This document shows, piece after piece, positions 19,905 through 29,515 of a DNA stretch of 64,000 nucleotides. Each line of letters starts with the position of its first letter. Position 1 is the first letter of the stretch. The notes below the pieces were generated by a model. The model was not told the origin of the DNA. It did not search any database and was given only the letters and a program-made list of their open reading frames with translations. Origin of the DNA: Spirochaetota bacterium (GTDB lineage: Bacteria > Spirochaetota > Brachyspiria > Brachyspirales > JACRPF01); assembly GCA_016214035.1 (NCBI GenBank), contig JACRPF010000011.1, positions 129,430-193,429 of the forward strand. Direction: 5' to 3'. Both the position numbers and the translations under genes were made by a program.

Positions 19905-20422
19905 AGTGTCAGCTGTGCGGCGGCGCTGATGCCGAGCTCCATATTCAGGAGATCGTAAACGGCGAAAGCAAGGAACTGCACATCTGCAAGGCATGCGCCG
20001 AGCAGAAAGGAATTTTCAAGGATCTCACCGCGCTCGATCTTTCCATGGGCACGGCAACCCCGGCGGAGCGCACGGAAAAGAAAGACACTGCCGCTGACGT
20101 GGAGACACCTTCACTTGTCTGCAGCAGCTGCGGGTATACGTCACGAATGCTTGCCGAAACTGAAAAACTCGGCTGTCCGCACTGTTACTATGTTTTTACG
20201 GATGAAGTGGCGCGCATGACAGGCAAAACACAGTCCTCACCGGTCTATGCCGGACGCCGGCCGCATGCGGGTGCGGGCAAAACGCAGCCCACGCGGCTTG
20301 CGACGCTCAAGCGTGAGCTTACCACGCTCATCAAGCGCGAAGATTATGAAAAAGCGGCCGTGCTGCGTGATACCATCGCCGCGATGGAAAAACGCCGCTC
20401 ATCCGGCGGCAGACAGGCCTGA
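19901..20422 (+). CDS. mcsA: McsA-like UvrB/UvrC-motif protein (activator of protein arginine kinase)
   Basis: Two CxxC pairs (CQLCGG..CKACAE and CSSCGY..CPHCYY) plus a UVR motif (LKRELTTLIKREDYEKAAVLRDTIAAME). The ATG overlaps the ilvE stop (ATGA). Confidence 0.75.
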   Translation: MKCQLCGGADAELHIQEIVNGESKELHICKACAEQKGIFKDLTALDLSMGTATPAERTEKKDTAADVETPSLVCSSCGYTSRMLAETEKLGCPHCYYVFTDEVARMTGKTQSSPVYAGRRPHAGAGKTQPTRLATLKRELTTLIKREDYEKAAVLRDTIAAMEKRRSSGGRQA

Positions 20423-20425
20423 TCG

Positions 20426-21478
20426 ATGACGTCGTACCGCATTCCCGAAACAGCGGCGTGGTGGTCTTCCGACGGCAATGACAACAATATCATCATTTCA
20501 TCGCGCGCGCGTCTCTCCCGCAATCTTCCCGATATTCCGTTTCCGCATCACGCAAGCAGCGAACAGCGTCTTCAGGTGGCTGACAGGACCGCATCGGCAA
20601 TAGAATCCATCGACGCCGTTTCCCGGCATTGCACGAAACTTTCCATCGATGATGTGAATCCGCTGTCGCGCCGTATTCTTGTGGAACGGGGACTCCTGCG
20701 TACCGGCATCACACACGACAATGTAGTCCTCTATGTGGAACAGAACGAACAGCATGCGATCACGGTCAACGGTGAGGATCATGTGCGGTTTTCCGCGGTG
20801 GCCAACGGACGCGATCTCGATGCGGTATACCGCCGTGTCAACGGAATCGAGCGCGAGCTTGAACACACGCTCGATTTTTCCTTCGATACCGATCACGGGT
20901 ATCACACCGCGGCGGTCGCCGATCTCGGAACGGGACTCCGGTTGTCGTTCATGGTGCACATACCGCTCCTGATATGGGAAAGCAAGGAAAAGCTCGAGCG
21001 CATACTCACCGGCATTGTCCGTAAAGGCGGCATTATACGCGGGTTACGCGGAGAAAAAAGCCGTTCTATCGGCGATATGATACAGATTGCCAGTCAGGCT
21101 ACGCTCGGCGTGAGCGAGGACGACGTGATCTCGATGATGGACGCCTTCGCCCAGACGCTTGTCACCGCGGAAGAGCGCATGCGTGAACGCGTGTATAAAC
21201 GTGACCGGACGCTCCTAGAGGACAAAATTTACCGAAGTCTCGCGATGCTTGCCGCCGCACGATCGATCACCTATATTGAGACGGTGGCGTTTCTGTCGTG
21301 GCTTCGCGTCGGCGTCTCGCTTGAACTGTTTCCGATACCGCTTTCCGTTCTTACCAAGGCGTTTTTCACCGCGCAAAAAGGGCACATATGCTACGGCGGT
21401 GACATCGAGAAAAAAAATGTGCGTGATGTGAAGCGCGCCGATATGCTCCGCGCCGTTTTCCGTCCGTACGCCGTCTGA
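20426..21478 (+). CDS. mcsB: protein arginine kinase (ATP:guanido phosphotransferase family)
   Basis: SRARLSRNLPDIPFP, NGEDHVRFS, DLGTGLRLSFMVHIP. Lies 3 nt after mcsA. Confidence 0.82.
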   Translation: MTSYRIPETAAWWSSDGNDNNIIISSRARLSRNLPDIPFPHHASSEQRLQVADRTASAIESIDAVSRHCTKLSIDDVNPLSRRILVERGLLRTGITHDNVVLYVEQNEQHAITVNGEDHVRFSAVANGRDLDAVYRRVNGIERELEHTLDFSFDTDHGYHTAAVADLGTGLRLSFMVHIPLLIWESKEKLERILTGIVRKGGIIRGLRGEKSRSIGDMIQIASQATLGVSEDDVISMMDAFAQTLVTAEERMRERVYKRDRTLLEDKIYRSLAMLAAARSITYIETVAFLSWLRVGVSLELFPIPLSVLTKAFFTAQKGHICYGGDIEKKNVRDVKRADMLRAVFRPYAV

Positions 21479-21520
21479 CGCAATCGCCCGCGCCGGATAA
21501 TTATCACCAAGGATACCGCA

Positions 21521-24500
21521 ATGTCCAACGATCAGTATCTTACCGCAGGTAAAGTAAAGCGGCTTGTGCAGAAGCTTTCCGAATTCCGCTACCGGCATAC
21601 GCTGCCGTTTCAGACCATACTGTCACGGAAGGCCGCGCCCGCGGAACGTGATATCCCCGCGGTCGATAAAAAGTGGATTGAACGTACGCTGCCGTTCTCC
21701 TGGGGGGAGCGTGACGGGTTCTGGTTCTTCCATAAAGACATCGCGGTGCCGAAAACGTGGAAAGGCAAGACCGTGTATCTGCTGCTCATGCCCAACGATT
21801 TTCCCGCGCGCGAGCTTGCGAACGCCGAGTCGCTCGTGGTCGTGAATGGAAAGATTATCGGTTCCAACGACTGTTTCCACCGGGAACTCGTGCTCATGGA
21901 AAAAGCGAAAGGCGGCGAACGGCTGTCGGTTGATATGCGCACCTGGTGCGGGCTCAACGCGAACATGATGGGGCCGTGGAAAGAGCTCGTGTTCGCGCAG
22001 GCGTCGCTCGCGGCGCTTCACGGTGATGTTGAGTCACTGTTCATCAGACTTACAACGCTGGTGCAGACACTCGAGCTTTTTGCCACGGAAAGCTATGAAT
22101 ACAATCATCTCCTCGGAATCGCAAACCGCGCGGTGTCGCTCCTTGCATTCGGCACATCGTCGCGTGTGTTCGATGCGAGCGTACGCGCGGCGCTCGGTGT
22201 TTTCACCGAGGCGGTTAACAGCGATCCGTCGCGTCCGACCGTCGTCGCCGCGGGACATGCGCATATCGATGTCGCCTGGCTCTGGCGTCTGTCGCATACA
22301 CGCGAGAAGGCGGAACGCACCTTCGCGAACGTCATCCATCTCATGGAGCTCTATCCGCACTATCATTTCTCGCAGAGCCAGCCGCAGCTCTACCGTTATA
22401 TTCAGGAGGACAATCCGGAGCTTTTCGCCGAGATAAAAAAGCGCGTGAAGGAAAAACGTTTCGAGCCCGTGGGCGGAATGTGGGTTGAGGCCGACTGTAA
22501 TCTCATTTCCGGCGAATCGCTCGTGCGTCAGATGCTCTTCGGACAGCGCTACTATCAGCGCGAGTTCGGCATGATGACCGATGTGCTGTGGCTGCCGGAC
22601 GTGTTCGGATATTCTTGGGCGCTGCCGCAGATCATGCTCAAGTCCGGTCAGAAATATTTTATGACCACGAAAATAGCCTGGTCGCAGTACAATAAGCCTG
22701 ATTTTGATACGTTCGTCTGGCGCGGACTCGACGGCAGCGAAGTGCTTACCCACTACGTGCACGGCGGCGGCGGATACAACGGCGAACAGACGCCGCAGCA
22801 TATCATGAACACCTACCGCGCGTACGCGCAGAAGGATGTAAACGATGAACTCCTTGCCGCATTCGGTCACGGCGACGGCGGCGGTGGTCCCACGAAGGAA
22901 ATGCTTGAGCGCGGCCCTGTCATCAGCCAGCTGCCGTTCATGCCGCGTGTGGTGCACGGACGCGTCACCGATTTTTTCAAACGCCTGAATGCGCGTGTGC
23001 GGGAGAATCCGCGGCTGCCGGTGATCGATGGGGAACTGTATCTTGAACTGCACCGGGGTACCTATACGTCACAGGCGCAGAACAAGCGCAGCAACCGTCG
23101 CGCGGAATCGCTGCTGCAGTCCGCGGAAAAGATTGCGGTGCTCGCGGCACTTTTCGGGAAAGCATATCCGGCAGAGACGCTCACGAGCGGCTGGGAGACG
23201 CTCCTGCGCAACCAGTTTCACGATATCATTCCCGGTTCATCCATCCCCGAAGTGTACGAGGATTCGGCGAAGGAATATGAGCGCATATTCAAAGACATGG
23301 AAACTATCATCACGGGCTCGATGCGCCATCTGGGCGTATCGATGAAGACATCGGAGCACGGGTTTCTGATATATAATCCGCTGCCGTGGATACGCACCGA
23401 CGTGGTTCAGCTTACACGCGAGGTCGTGGGGGTTCTCACGGCAACGCATACGAATACGACGGTGCCGCTGCAGACGGTAACGATTCTCGGTGAACGCCGC
23501 ACCATGGCGTATATTGAGGCGATGCCCGCAGGGGGCATGTGCGCACTTGCGGAGACGCCTCCCGCACCGAAGAAAGTGAAAGCGCCGTCATTCGGCCTTG
23601 CTGCCGGTGCGCGCTCCTGCACGAACAAATATTTCATCATAAAGTTTGACGCGGCGGGGCGCATTGTCTCTCTTGTCGATAAACGCCGCTCACGTGAACT
23701 TGTAGCGCCGGGTTCAGGATTGAACGACCTTACCGCATTCGAAGATATTCCGCTCAACTGGGATGCGTGGGACACGGATATTTTCTACACGGAGAAGCCG
23801 TATCCGGTGACTTCACAGTCGTTTTCGCTTAAGGGAAAGGGGCCGCTCTGCGCCGTGTACCGGCGTGAACTCCGTTTCAGAAGCTCAACGATACGCCAGG
23901 ACATTGTCATCTACGCGCATCTGGATCGCATCGATATTCACACCGAGGCGGATTGGCGTGAACATCAGACGCTTCTGAAGGCGGCGTTTCCGGTGGATAT
24001 GCACACCGCGTCGTATACCGCGGAGATTCAATTCGGTGAGATTGAGCGGGCGAACAACTGGAACGACCGGAGAAGATATGCGCAGTTCGAAAGTGTCGCC
24101 CACCGCTGGGTAGACCTTTCCGAGAACGACTACGGCGTTTCGCTCATCAACGACTGCAAGTACGGCCACGATGTGCGCGGTAACTGCATGCGCATCACGC
24201 TTATCAAAGCCGGCACCTATCCCGACGCGAATGCCGATATCGGTATACACCGGTTTTCCTACGCGATCTATCCGCATGAAGGGCATGTAAAGGATTCACT
24301 GACGGTGGAAACCGGTTACCGGTTCAATAATCCGGTATTCGTGACGGAAACCGAACCCCATAACGGCGATCGCGACACGGTGACATTCATCAAGGTATAT
24401 GCGAATCATACGGTACTCGATACGGTCAAGCGTGCCGAGGATGTGGACGCATATGTGCTCCGGTTCTATCAGTCAAAGAACATGCAGGAAAATGTCACTG

Positions 24501-24658
24501 TCGTCATCGAACGTCCATTGAAAAGCGTTGTCGAGACCGATTTACTTGAGCGGCCGACGGATAATGTGAAGCTGAATCCCGACGGATTCAGCTTCATCGC
24601 CAAGCCTTTTGAGATCCGTACCTTTTTGGTAACGCTCGCGCAGCCCAAAAAACGATAG
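21521..24658 (+). CDS. GH38 alpha-mannosidase, cytosolic type
   Basis: 1045 aa with no signal peptide. AAGHAHIDVAWLWR, FSQSQPQLY, VGGMWVEADCNLISGESL, LWLPDVFGYS, QFHDIIPGSSI. Confidence 0.9.
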   Translation: MSNDQYLTAGKVKRLVQKLSEFRYRHTLPFQTILSRKAAPAERDIPAVDKKWIERTLPFSWGERDGFWFFHKDIAVPKTWKGKTVYLLLMPNDFPARELANAESLVVVNGKIIGSNDCFHRELVLMEKAKGGERLSVDMRTWCGLNANMMGPWKELVFAQASLAALHGDVESLFIRLTTLVQTLELFATESYEYNHLLGIANRAVSLLAFGTSSRVFDASVRAALGVFTEAVNSDPSRPTVVAAGHAHIDVAWLWRLSHTREKAERTFANVIHLMELYPHYHFSQSQPQLYRYIQEDNPELFAEIKKRVKEKRFEPVGGMWVEADCNLISGESLVRQMLFGQRYYQREFGMMTDVLWLPDVFGYSWALPQIMLKSGQKYFMTTKIAWSQYNKPDFDTFVWRGLDGSEVLTHYVHGGGGYNGEQTPQHIMNTYRAYAQKDVNDELLAAFGHGDGGGGPTKEMLERGPVISQLPFMPRVVHGRVTDFFKRLNARVRENPRLPVIDGELYLELHRGTYTSQAQNKRSNRRAESLLQSAEKIAVLAALFGKAYPAETLTSGWETLLRNQFHDIIPGSSIPEVYEDSAKEYERIFKDMETIITGSMRHLGVSMKTSEHGFLIYNPLPWIRTDVVQLTREVVGVLTATHTNTTVPLQTVTILGERRTMAYIEAMPAGGMCALAETPPAPKKVKAPSFGLAAGARSCTNKYFIIKFDAAGRIVSLVDKRRSRELVAPGSGLNDLTAFEDIPLNWDAWDTDIFYTEKPYPVTSQSFSLKGKGPLCAVYRRELRFRSSTIRQDIVIYAHLDRIDIHTEADWREHQTLLKAAFPVDMHTASYTAEIQFGEIERANNWNDRRRYAQFESVAHRWVDLSENDYGVSLINDCKYGHDVRGNCMRITLIKAGTYPDANADIGIHRFSYAIYPHEGHVKDSLTVETGYRFNNPVFVTETEPHNGDRDTVTFIKVYANHTVLDTVKRAEDVDAYVLRFYQSKNMQENVTVVIERPLKSVVETDLLERPTDNVKLNPDGFSFIAKPFEIRTFLVTLAQPKKR

Positions 24659-24711
24659 TACGGCGCTGTTCCGGGTATGCCGGTGGTACATCAAAAAAGA
24701 GCAAAAAACGC

Positions 24712-24740
24712 TTGCAAAAAAGCTTCTTTTGTGATATAAT
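24712..24740 (+). promoter_or_regulatory. near-consensus sigma70 promoter with extended -10 in front of ftsZ
   Basis: TTGCAA (24712-24717), 17-nt spacer, TGaTATAAT (-10 at 24735-24740). GGAGG at 24791-24795. Confidence 0.7.
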
Positions 24741-24799
24741 ATGTTAACCGACTGCAATCTGCTACCGGCGTAGTGTATCGTTTTTCAATGGGAGGAAAC

Positions 24800-26140
24800 A
24801 TGATGCAACGTATCGAAATGGCTGAGGAACAGCCTCTTCAGAACACAAATCCAACAGTTATCAAAGTCGTGGGCGTGGGGGGCGGCGGTGTCAACGCGGT
24901 GAACCGCATGATCGACATGGGTATATCCGATGTCGAGATGATCGCCATCAACACCGACCGTCAGGCGCTTTCAATAGCAAAGGCCGACACGAAAATAGTA
25001 ATCGGCGAGAAGATTACCGGCGGACTCGGCGCGGGCATGGACCCGGTCAAGGGCGAACAGTCCGCGGAAGCCGATGTTGAACGGATAGAGCAGGCGCTTC
25101 GCGGCGCCAATCTCGTATTCGTCACGAGCGGATTCGGCGGCGGAACGGGCACCGGCGCATCGCCGGTTATCGCGCGTATCGCAAAAAGTGTGGGCGCACT
25201 CACCATCGGCATCGTGACCAAGCCGTTTGAAATGGAAGGAACGCTCCGCATGAAGGTTGCCGAGGACGGCATTCGCCGCATGCTCGATAATGTCGATTCG
25301 CTCATACTCATACCGAACGAGAACCTCTTTAAGATACTCGGTGACCGCACGTCTTATCAGGATGCGATACGCGCTTCCGACGATGTGCTCCGCCAGGGCG
25401 TGCAGGGCATCGCCGATATCATCACCGTGCCGAGCGTATTTGTGAACATCGACTTCGCGGATGTCAAATCGATGATAGAGATATCGCGCGGACGGGCGCA
25501 TATGGGCATCGGCCACAGCAAGGGCGAAGGCCGCGTACGCACCGCCATGGAAGCGGCATTGCGCAATCCGCTCCTCGAAGTTGAAAACATCAAAGGCGCC
25601 AAAGGCATACTCGCCAACATCGTCTGTTCAAAGGACTTCACTATTGCGGAATACCGCGAAGCGGCCCGCGTGCTCCATTCATTCGCGGATGCCGACGCGC
25701 ATATCAAGATCGGCGTTTCGAACGACGAGACCATGAAGGATGAGATCAAGGTGACGGTTATCGCCACCGGTTTTGAGGCGGGAGCGGTATCGGCTGTAGA
25801 AGACGAGGAAGAGATCATTCTTCCGGTTCGTCAGGAACGAGTTTCCGCTGCCGCCGTGCAGAAACCGAAAGAGCGTGAACTGCTTAACGATACCGACGAA
25901 GATCCGGTTGTCCGCGAGGAAGTGAAAGCCCCGGCTGCAATCGTTGAAAAGAAATCGTCTGTCGTCATGCCGGTCACCGCCGAGAAGAAACCGTTCCGGC
26001 TGCCGTACGAAGTGGTGAGCGAAGAGGAACTTGACCGGCACAAACGTCTGGGCAACCTCGAAGATATGGAATCACCAACGGATGCCGATATCGACACGCC
26101 CGCGTTCATGCGGCGTCAGTCCATACTCAAACGCAGTTAA
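24800..26140 (+). CDS. ftsZ: cell division GTPase FtsZ
   Basis: GVGGGGVNAVNRM. Tubulin signature GGGTGTGASPVIA. C-terminal peptide DIDTPAFMRRQ. Start is ATG 24800 or 24803, after GGAGG. Confidence 0.95.
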   Translation: MMQRIEMAEEQPLQNTNPTVIKVVGVGGGGVNAVNRMIDMGISDVEMIAINTDRQALSIAKADTKIVIGEKITGGLGAGMDPVKGEQSAEADVERIEQALRGANLVFVTSGFGGGTGTGASPVIARIAKSVGALTIGIVTKPFEMEGTLRMKVAEDGIRRMLDNVDSLILIPNENLFKILGDRTSYQDAIRASDDVLRQGVQGIADIITVPSVFVNIDFADVKSMIEISRGRAHMGIGHSKGEGRVRTAMEAALRNPLLEVENIKGAKGILANIVCSKDFTIAEYREAARVLHSFADADAHIKIGVSNDETMKDEIKVTVIATGFEAGAVSAVEDEEEIILPVRQERVSAAAVQKPKERELLNDTDEDPVVREEVKAPAAIVEKKSSVVMPVTAEKKPFRLPYEVVSEEELDRHKRLGNLEDMESPTDADIDTPAFMRRQSILKRS

Positions 26141-26154
26141 AGGATTTTCGCGCT

Positions 26155-28077
26155 ATGAAGATACTTGCAGCGGCATGCATTCTGCTGCTGCCGTTCACCG
26201 CCATGGCCGCGGCGGGAGATGCGGAAGCGGCATACACGTCGGCTAAAAGCGCATACGACGCAAAGCGGTATTATGCCGCGGTCCCGGTGCTTGAGGACCT
26301 GTATAAAAAAAATCCGTACTACGCCGAGCCGTCAATACTGCTTGCGGACATCTACATCATATTCGAGAACTACACACGCGCGAAGGAAGTGCTCGTCAAG
26401 CTCGGCAAGTTCCATCCGCGTGACGCCGGCGTGCTTGAGCGGCTTCTGCAGATAGATCTGCTCGAGGCAAGGCTTGATGACGCGAAAAAATCGATTGAGC
26501 GATTACGCGCCGTCGACAATAAGAATTATTATTCCGTATACGCGGAAGGATATCTTGCCGAGATGGCGGGACATATCGATACGGCGAAGTCATTGTATCA
26601 GCGTTCCATCGATTATGCCGAGGATGCGATAGAACCGAATACGGCGCTGGCATATCTGCTCGTGTTTTCCGGCAAACGCGAGGCGGCGAAGATCTATTTC
26701 GACAAGCTCGTAAAAATGCATCCGCGAAGCGAGCTGGTGTATTATCATCGTGCCAATTATCATTACCTGACGGGCGACCAAAAGCAGGCTCTGGCGGCGC
26801 TTGAGAAGGCGCTCTATTATCACAAGGATTTTTACCGCGCGAAGCTCCTTATGGCGGATGTGCACATCAAGACCGGCAATTACCGTTCGGCTATCAGCGT
26901 CATCAAATCGCTTCCCGCCGAAACGCTGCTGGGCGAGAAGGACTATCGCCTCGGGTTTCTCTATGAAAAAATAGGCGACAGTGTTCAGGCGCTTTCGTTG
27001 TACAAAAAGTACATCGACGCGAATCCGGACGAGATATTTTCGCGTGTGGCGTATGAGCGCGTTCTGTTTGCATCCGTCAAACCGGGCGATGCGCGGCGCA
27101 CCGAGGCTGCGGCGTTCTACCGGCCCGCGGCGCAGCAGTATCTGCGGGACAATGATTTTTTCCGCGCGGAAGTGTATTATAAGCGGCTTCTGCGGCTTAC
27201 ACCGGCCGATGTGCCGGCGCGGCGCGACCTTGCGAACATCTACCGTAATAATAATCAGACCGAGCGGTATCTCGAGCAGCTTACGATAGCGCATGAACTC
27301 GCGCCCGACGACCGGACGATAGCGTCCATCGTCGAGTACCGCGCGCGTGAACTTACGGCGCTGCCGTCGCGGCAGTACGGCGTTGAGCAGTATGCCGTTC
27401 CGTCGCCCGGATTCACCGTGGCGGTGTTCGACATCTTCCGCATCGTGCGCGGCGACCATGAAGGGCTTGAGGCGTCGTTCGCTGAGCTTTTGGCGCACAC
27501 GCTGCATCAATTCCCGAACGTGCGTACGCGTGAGATGTACGCGAAAAAATATACACCCGAGACCATGCTCGCGGCTATCAAGGAGAATGCCGTCGATTTC
27601 TATATCGAGGGCAACATTCTCGCCACCGGCGACCGGATGAGTATTGATGCATCGCTCATCGACGCGAATACGAGGCGCGTGCTTCGTGTGTACCGATCGT
27701 CGAAAACCGGCAAAGAGAAAATGATTGAGGCCGCGTACGAGATCGCGCGCGCGATAGCGAAGGATATGCCGCTGTTCGGCACCATCGTAAAGATTCAGGA
27801 AAACAATATCATACTGAATCTCGGCAGACGGCATGGTGTTTCCAAGGGCATGCGCTTCACCGCGTACCGTAACCGCTATCCGCATTTCGATCATGATAAA
27901 CGGACTATTGCGGCACTACCCGAGGATATCGCCGGGACCATCGTGGTCAACACGGTCGACGAGAACATCAGCATCGGCACCGTCGAGAATATGCGCGACT
28001 TCTCCGCCGTCAGACATTTTCAGTATGTGGTTCCCGCGGCGGAGGCGCCGGCTCAGGCAAAGACAAAGAAGAAATAG
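26155..28077 (+). CDS. periplasmic TPR-repeat protein with C-terminal LpoB/CsgG-like module
   Basis: Signal peptide MKILAAACILLLPFTAMAAA. Multiple TPR-like 34-aa repeats. A C-terminal FTVAVFDIF... segment resembles the N-domain of the 10314-11297 product. Confidence 0.65.
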   Translation: MKILAAACILLLPFTAMAAAGDAEAAYTSAKSAYDAKRYYAAVPVLEDLYKKNPYYAEPSILLADIYIIFENYTRAKEVLVKLGKFHPRDAGVLERLLQIDLLEARLDDAKKSIERLRAVDNKNYYSVYAEGYLAEMAGHIDTAKSLYQRSIDYAEDAIEPNTALAYLLVFSGKREAAKIYFDKLVKMHPRSELVYYHRANYHYLTGDQKQALAALEKALYYHKDFYRAKLLMADVHIKTGNYRSAISVIKSLPAETLLGEKDYRLGFLYEKIGDSVQALSLYKKYIDANPDEIFSRVAYERVLFASVKPGDARRTEAAAFYRPAAQQYLRDNDFFRAEVYYKRLLRLTPADVPARRDLANIYRNNNQTERYLEQLTIAHELAPDDRTIASIVEYRARELTALPSRQYGVEQYAVPSPGFTVAVFDIFRIVRGDHEGLEASFAELLAHTLHQFPNVRTREMYAKKYTPETMLAAIKENAVDFYIEGNILATGDRMSIDASLIDANTRRVLRVYRSSKTGKEKMIEAAYEIARAIAKDMPLFGTIVKIQENNIILNLGRRHGVSKGMRFTAYRNRYPHFDHDKRTIAALPEDIAGTIVVNTVDENISIGTVENMRDFSAVRHFQYVVPAAEAPAQAKTKKK

Positions 28078-28139
28078 CGGCAGTTTGCAAAATCTGGCGC
28101 AATGGTTATATTTGAACTATCACTTCAACGGATAATGAT

Positions 28140-28964
28140 ATGACAATTCGATTCCACGGCGTTCGCGGATCAACACCGGTCCCGCAGGCCGCGATGATGC
28201 ATTTCGGCGGTAACACGGCATGCGTGGAGGTGCGTTCGAAGAAAGGCACGCTTGTCATTCTCGACGCGGGGACAGGCATACGCTCGCTCGGGCTTTCACT
28301 TATGAAGGAATACGGCGAGAGACCGATACACGCGGCGATTCTGCTGAGCCATACGCACTGGGACCACATTCAGGGATTCCCGTTCTTTCTGCCGCTGTTC
28401 GACAAAAAGAATTCGTTTCACATCTACGGCAAGTCACGGTATACCAAGTCGCTCGAAGAGATCATGGCCGGACAGATGGAGCATAAATATTTCCCGGTGA
28501 GCCTCAAAGAGATAGGGAGCCCCGTGCAATTTAAAATGGTCGAAGAAGGCGCGTTCACTATCGGGGGCGATGTCACCATCACCGCGAAGGAGCACTATCA
28601 TCCCGGCGGCGCATATACATACCGCATCGAAGCGGACGGCGCAACGGTTGTCTATTCTACGGACACCGAACATGTCGACGGCAGGCTGGACGAGCGTGTT
28701 GTTGCAATCGCGAAAGACGCGGACCTTCTCATCCACGATACACAGTATGATGACGCCGATATTGTCACGCACGCGGGCTGGGGGCATTCATCGTACCGTC
28801 AGGCGTGCGAGGTCGCGAAGCGCGCCGGGGTGAAACGGCTATCACTGTTTCATTATGATCCTGTCTATGATGACCGTAAGGTAAAAGCGATACTCCGCGA
28901 CGCGCAGAAGCTCTTCAAGAATACCATGGCCGCCCGTGAAGGCGCGGCAGTGTCCATTGGCTGA
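28140..28964 (+). CDS. MBL-fold metallo-hydrolase
   Basis: LSHTHWDHIQG (HxHxDH) and GNTACVEV. Later His/Asp ligands in HDTQYDD and GWGHSS. Confidence 0.8.
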   Translation: MTIRFHGVRGSTPVPQAAMMHFGGNTACVEVRSKKGTLVILDAGTGIRSLGLSLMKEYGERPIHAAILLSHTHWDHIQGFPFFLPLFDKKNSFHIYGKSRYTKSLEEIMAGQMEHKYFPVSLKEIGSPVQFKMVEEGAFTIGGDVTITAKEHYHPGGAYTYRIEADGATVVYSTDTEHVDGRLDERVVAIAKDADLLIHDTQYDDADIVTHAGWGHSSYRQACEVAKRAGVKRLSLFHYDPVYDDRKVKAILRDAQKLFKNTMAAREGAAVSIG

Positions 28965-29505
28965 GACCCTCATCATCTCCGGCGCACACAGCGTTGGCGG
29001 GAACACCGAAACGCTCGTGCAGCATGTTCAGCAGAATGCCGGACCGTCGGCTGAGATACTGGTGCTTCGCGAAAAACGTATACAGCATTGCAACGGATGC
29101 CGCACCTGTGAGCGGACCGGGTCATGCGTTATTGATGACGATATGCAGGGGATTTATCCGCTGCTCGAACATACCCCGTCGGTTGTGCTGGTGACGCCGC
29201 TCTATTTTCTGTCGGTGAGCAGTGTCATGAAACAGTTCGTCGACCGCTGCCAGGTGCTGTATGCGCGGCGCTATATTCACAAAACGCTTATCGATGATGC
29301 TGCACGGCGCGGTATTGTCATCGCGCAGGGCGCCACTGAAAATCAGGGCGACTTTGCCGGTATATCGCTTATCGCGCGGAGCTTTTTCTATTCAATCGGT
29401 ATCCGGTCGATCCGGCCGCTGTTCCTTACGGATGTCGACAAGCGCGGTGATATAAACTTGATAGCAAGCCTTGATGAGCAACTGCGGATAATACTTCAGC
29501 GGTAA
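28936..29505 (+). CDS. iron-sulfur flavoprotein / NADPH-dependent FMN reductase family
   Basis: LIISGAHSVGGNTETL flavodoxin-like start. Compact CNGCRTCERTGSC (Cx2Cx2Cx5C) cluster motif. The start may instead be TTG 28957, overlapping the MBL stop. Confidence 0.7.
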   Translation: MKARQCPLAETLIISGAHSVGGNTETLVQHVQQNAGPSAEILVLREKRIQHCNGCRTCERTGSCVIDDDMQGIYPLLEHTPSVVLVTPLYFLSVSSVMKQFVDRCQVLYARRYIHKTLIDDAARRGIVIAQGATENQGDFAGISLIARSFFYSIGIRSIRPLFLTDVDKRGDINLIASLDEQLRIILQR

Positions 29506-29515
29506 GGAAAAGCAG

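Noticed and set aside
22034-23053. 339-aa minus-strand ORF
   Set aside because: It lies entirely inside the GH38 alpha-mannosidase gene, on the opposite strand. It is a shadow ORF.
26590-27894. 434-aa minus-strand ORF
   Set aside because: It is antisense to the TPR protein gene, which has a signal peptide and clear repeats. It has no motifs and Arg-rich composition.
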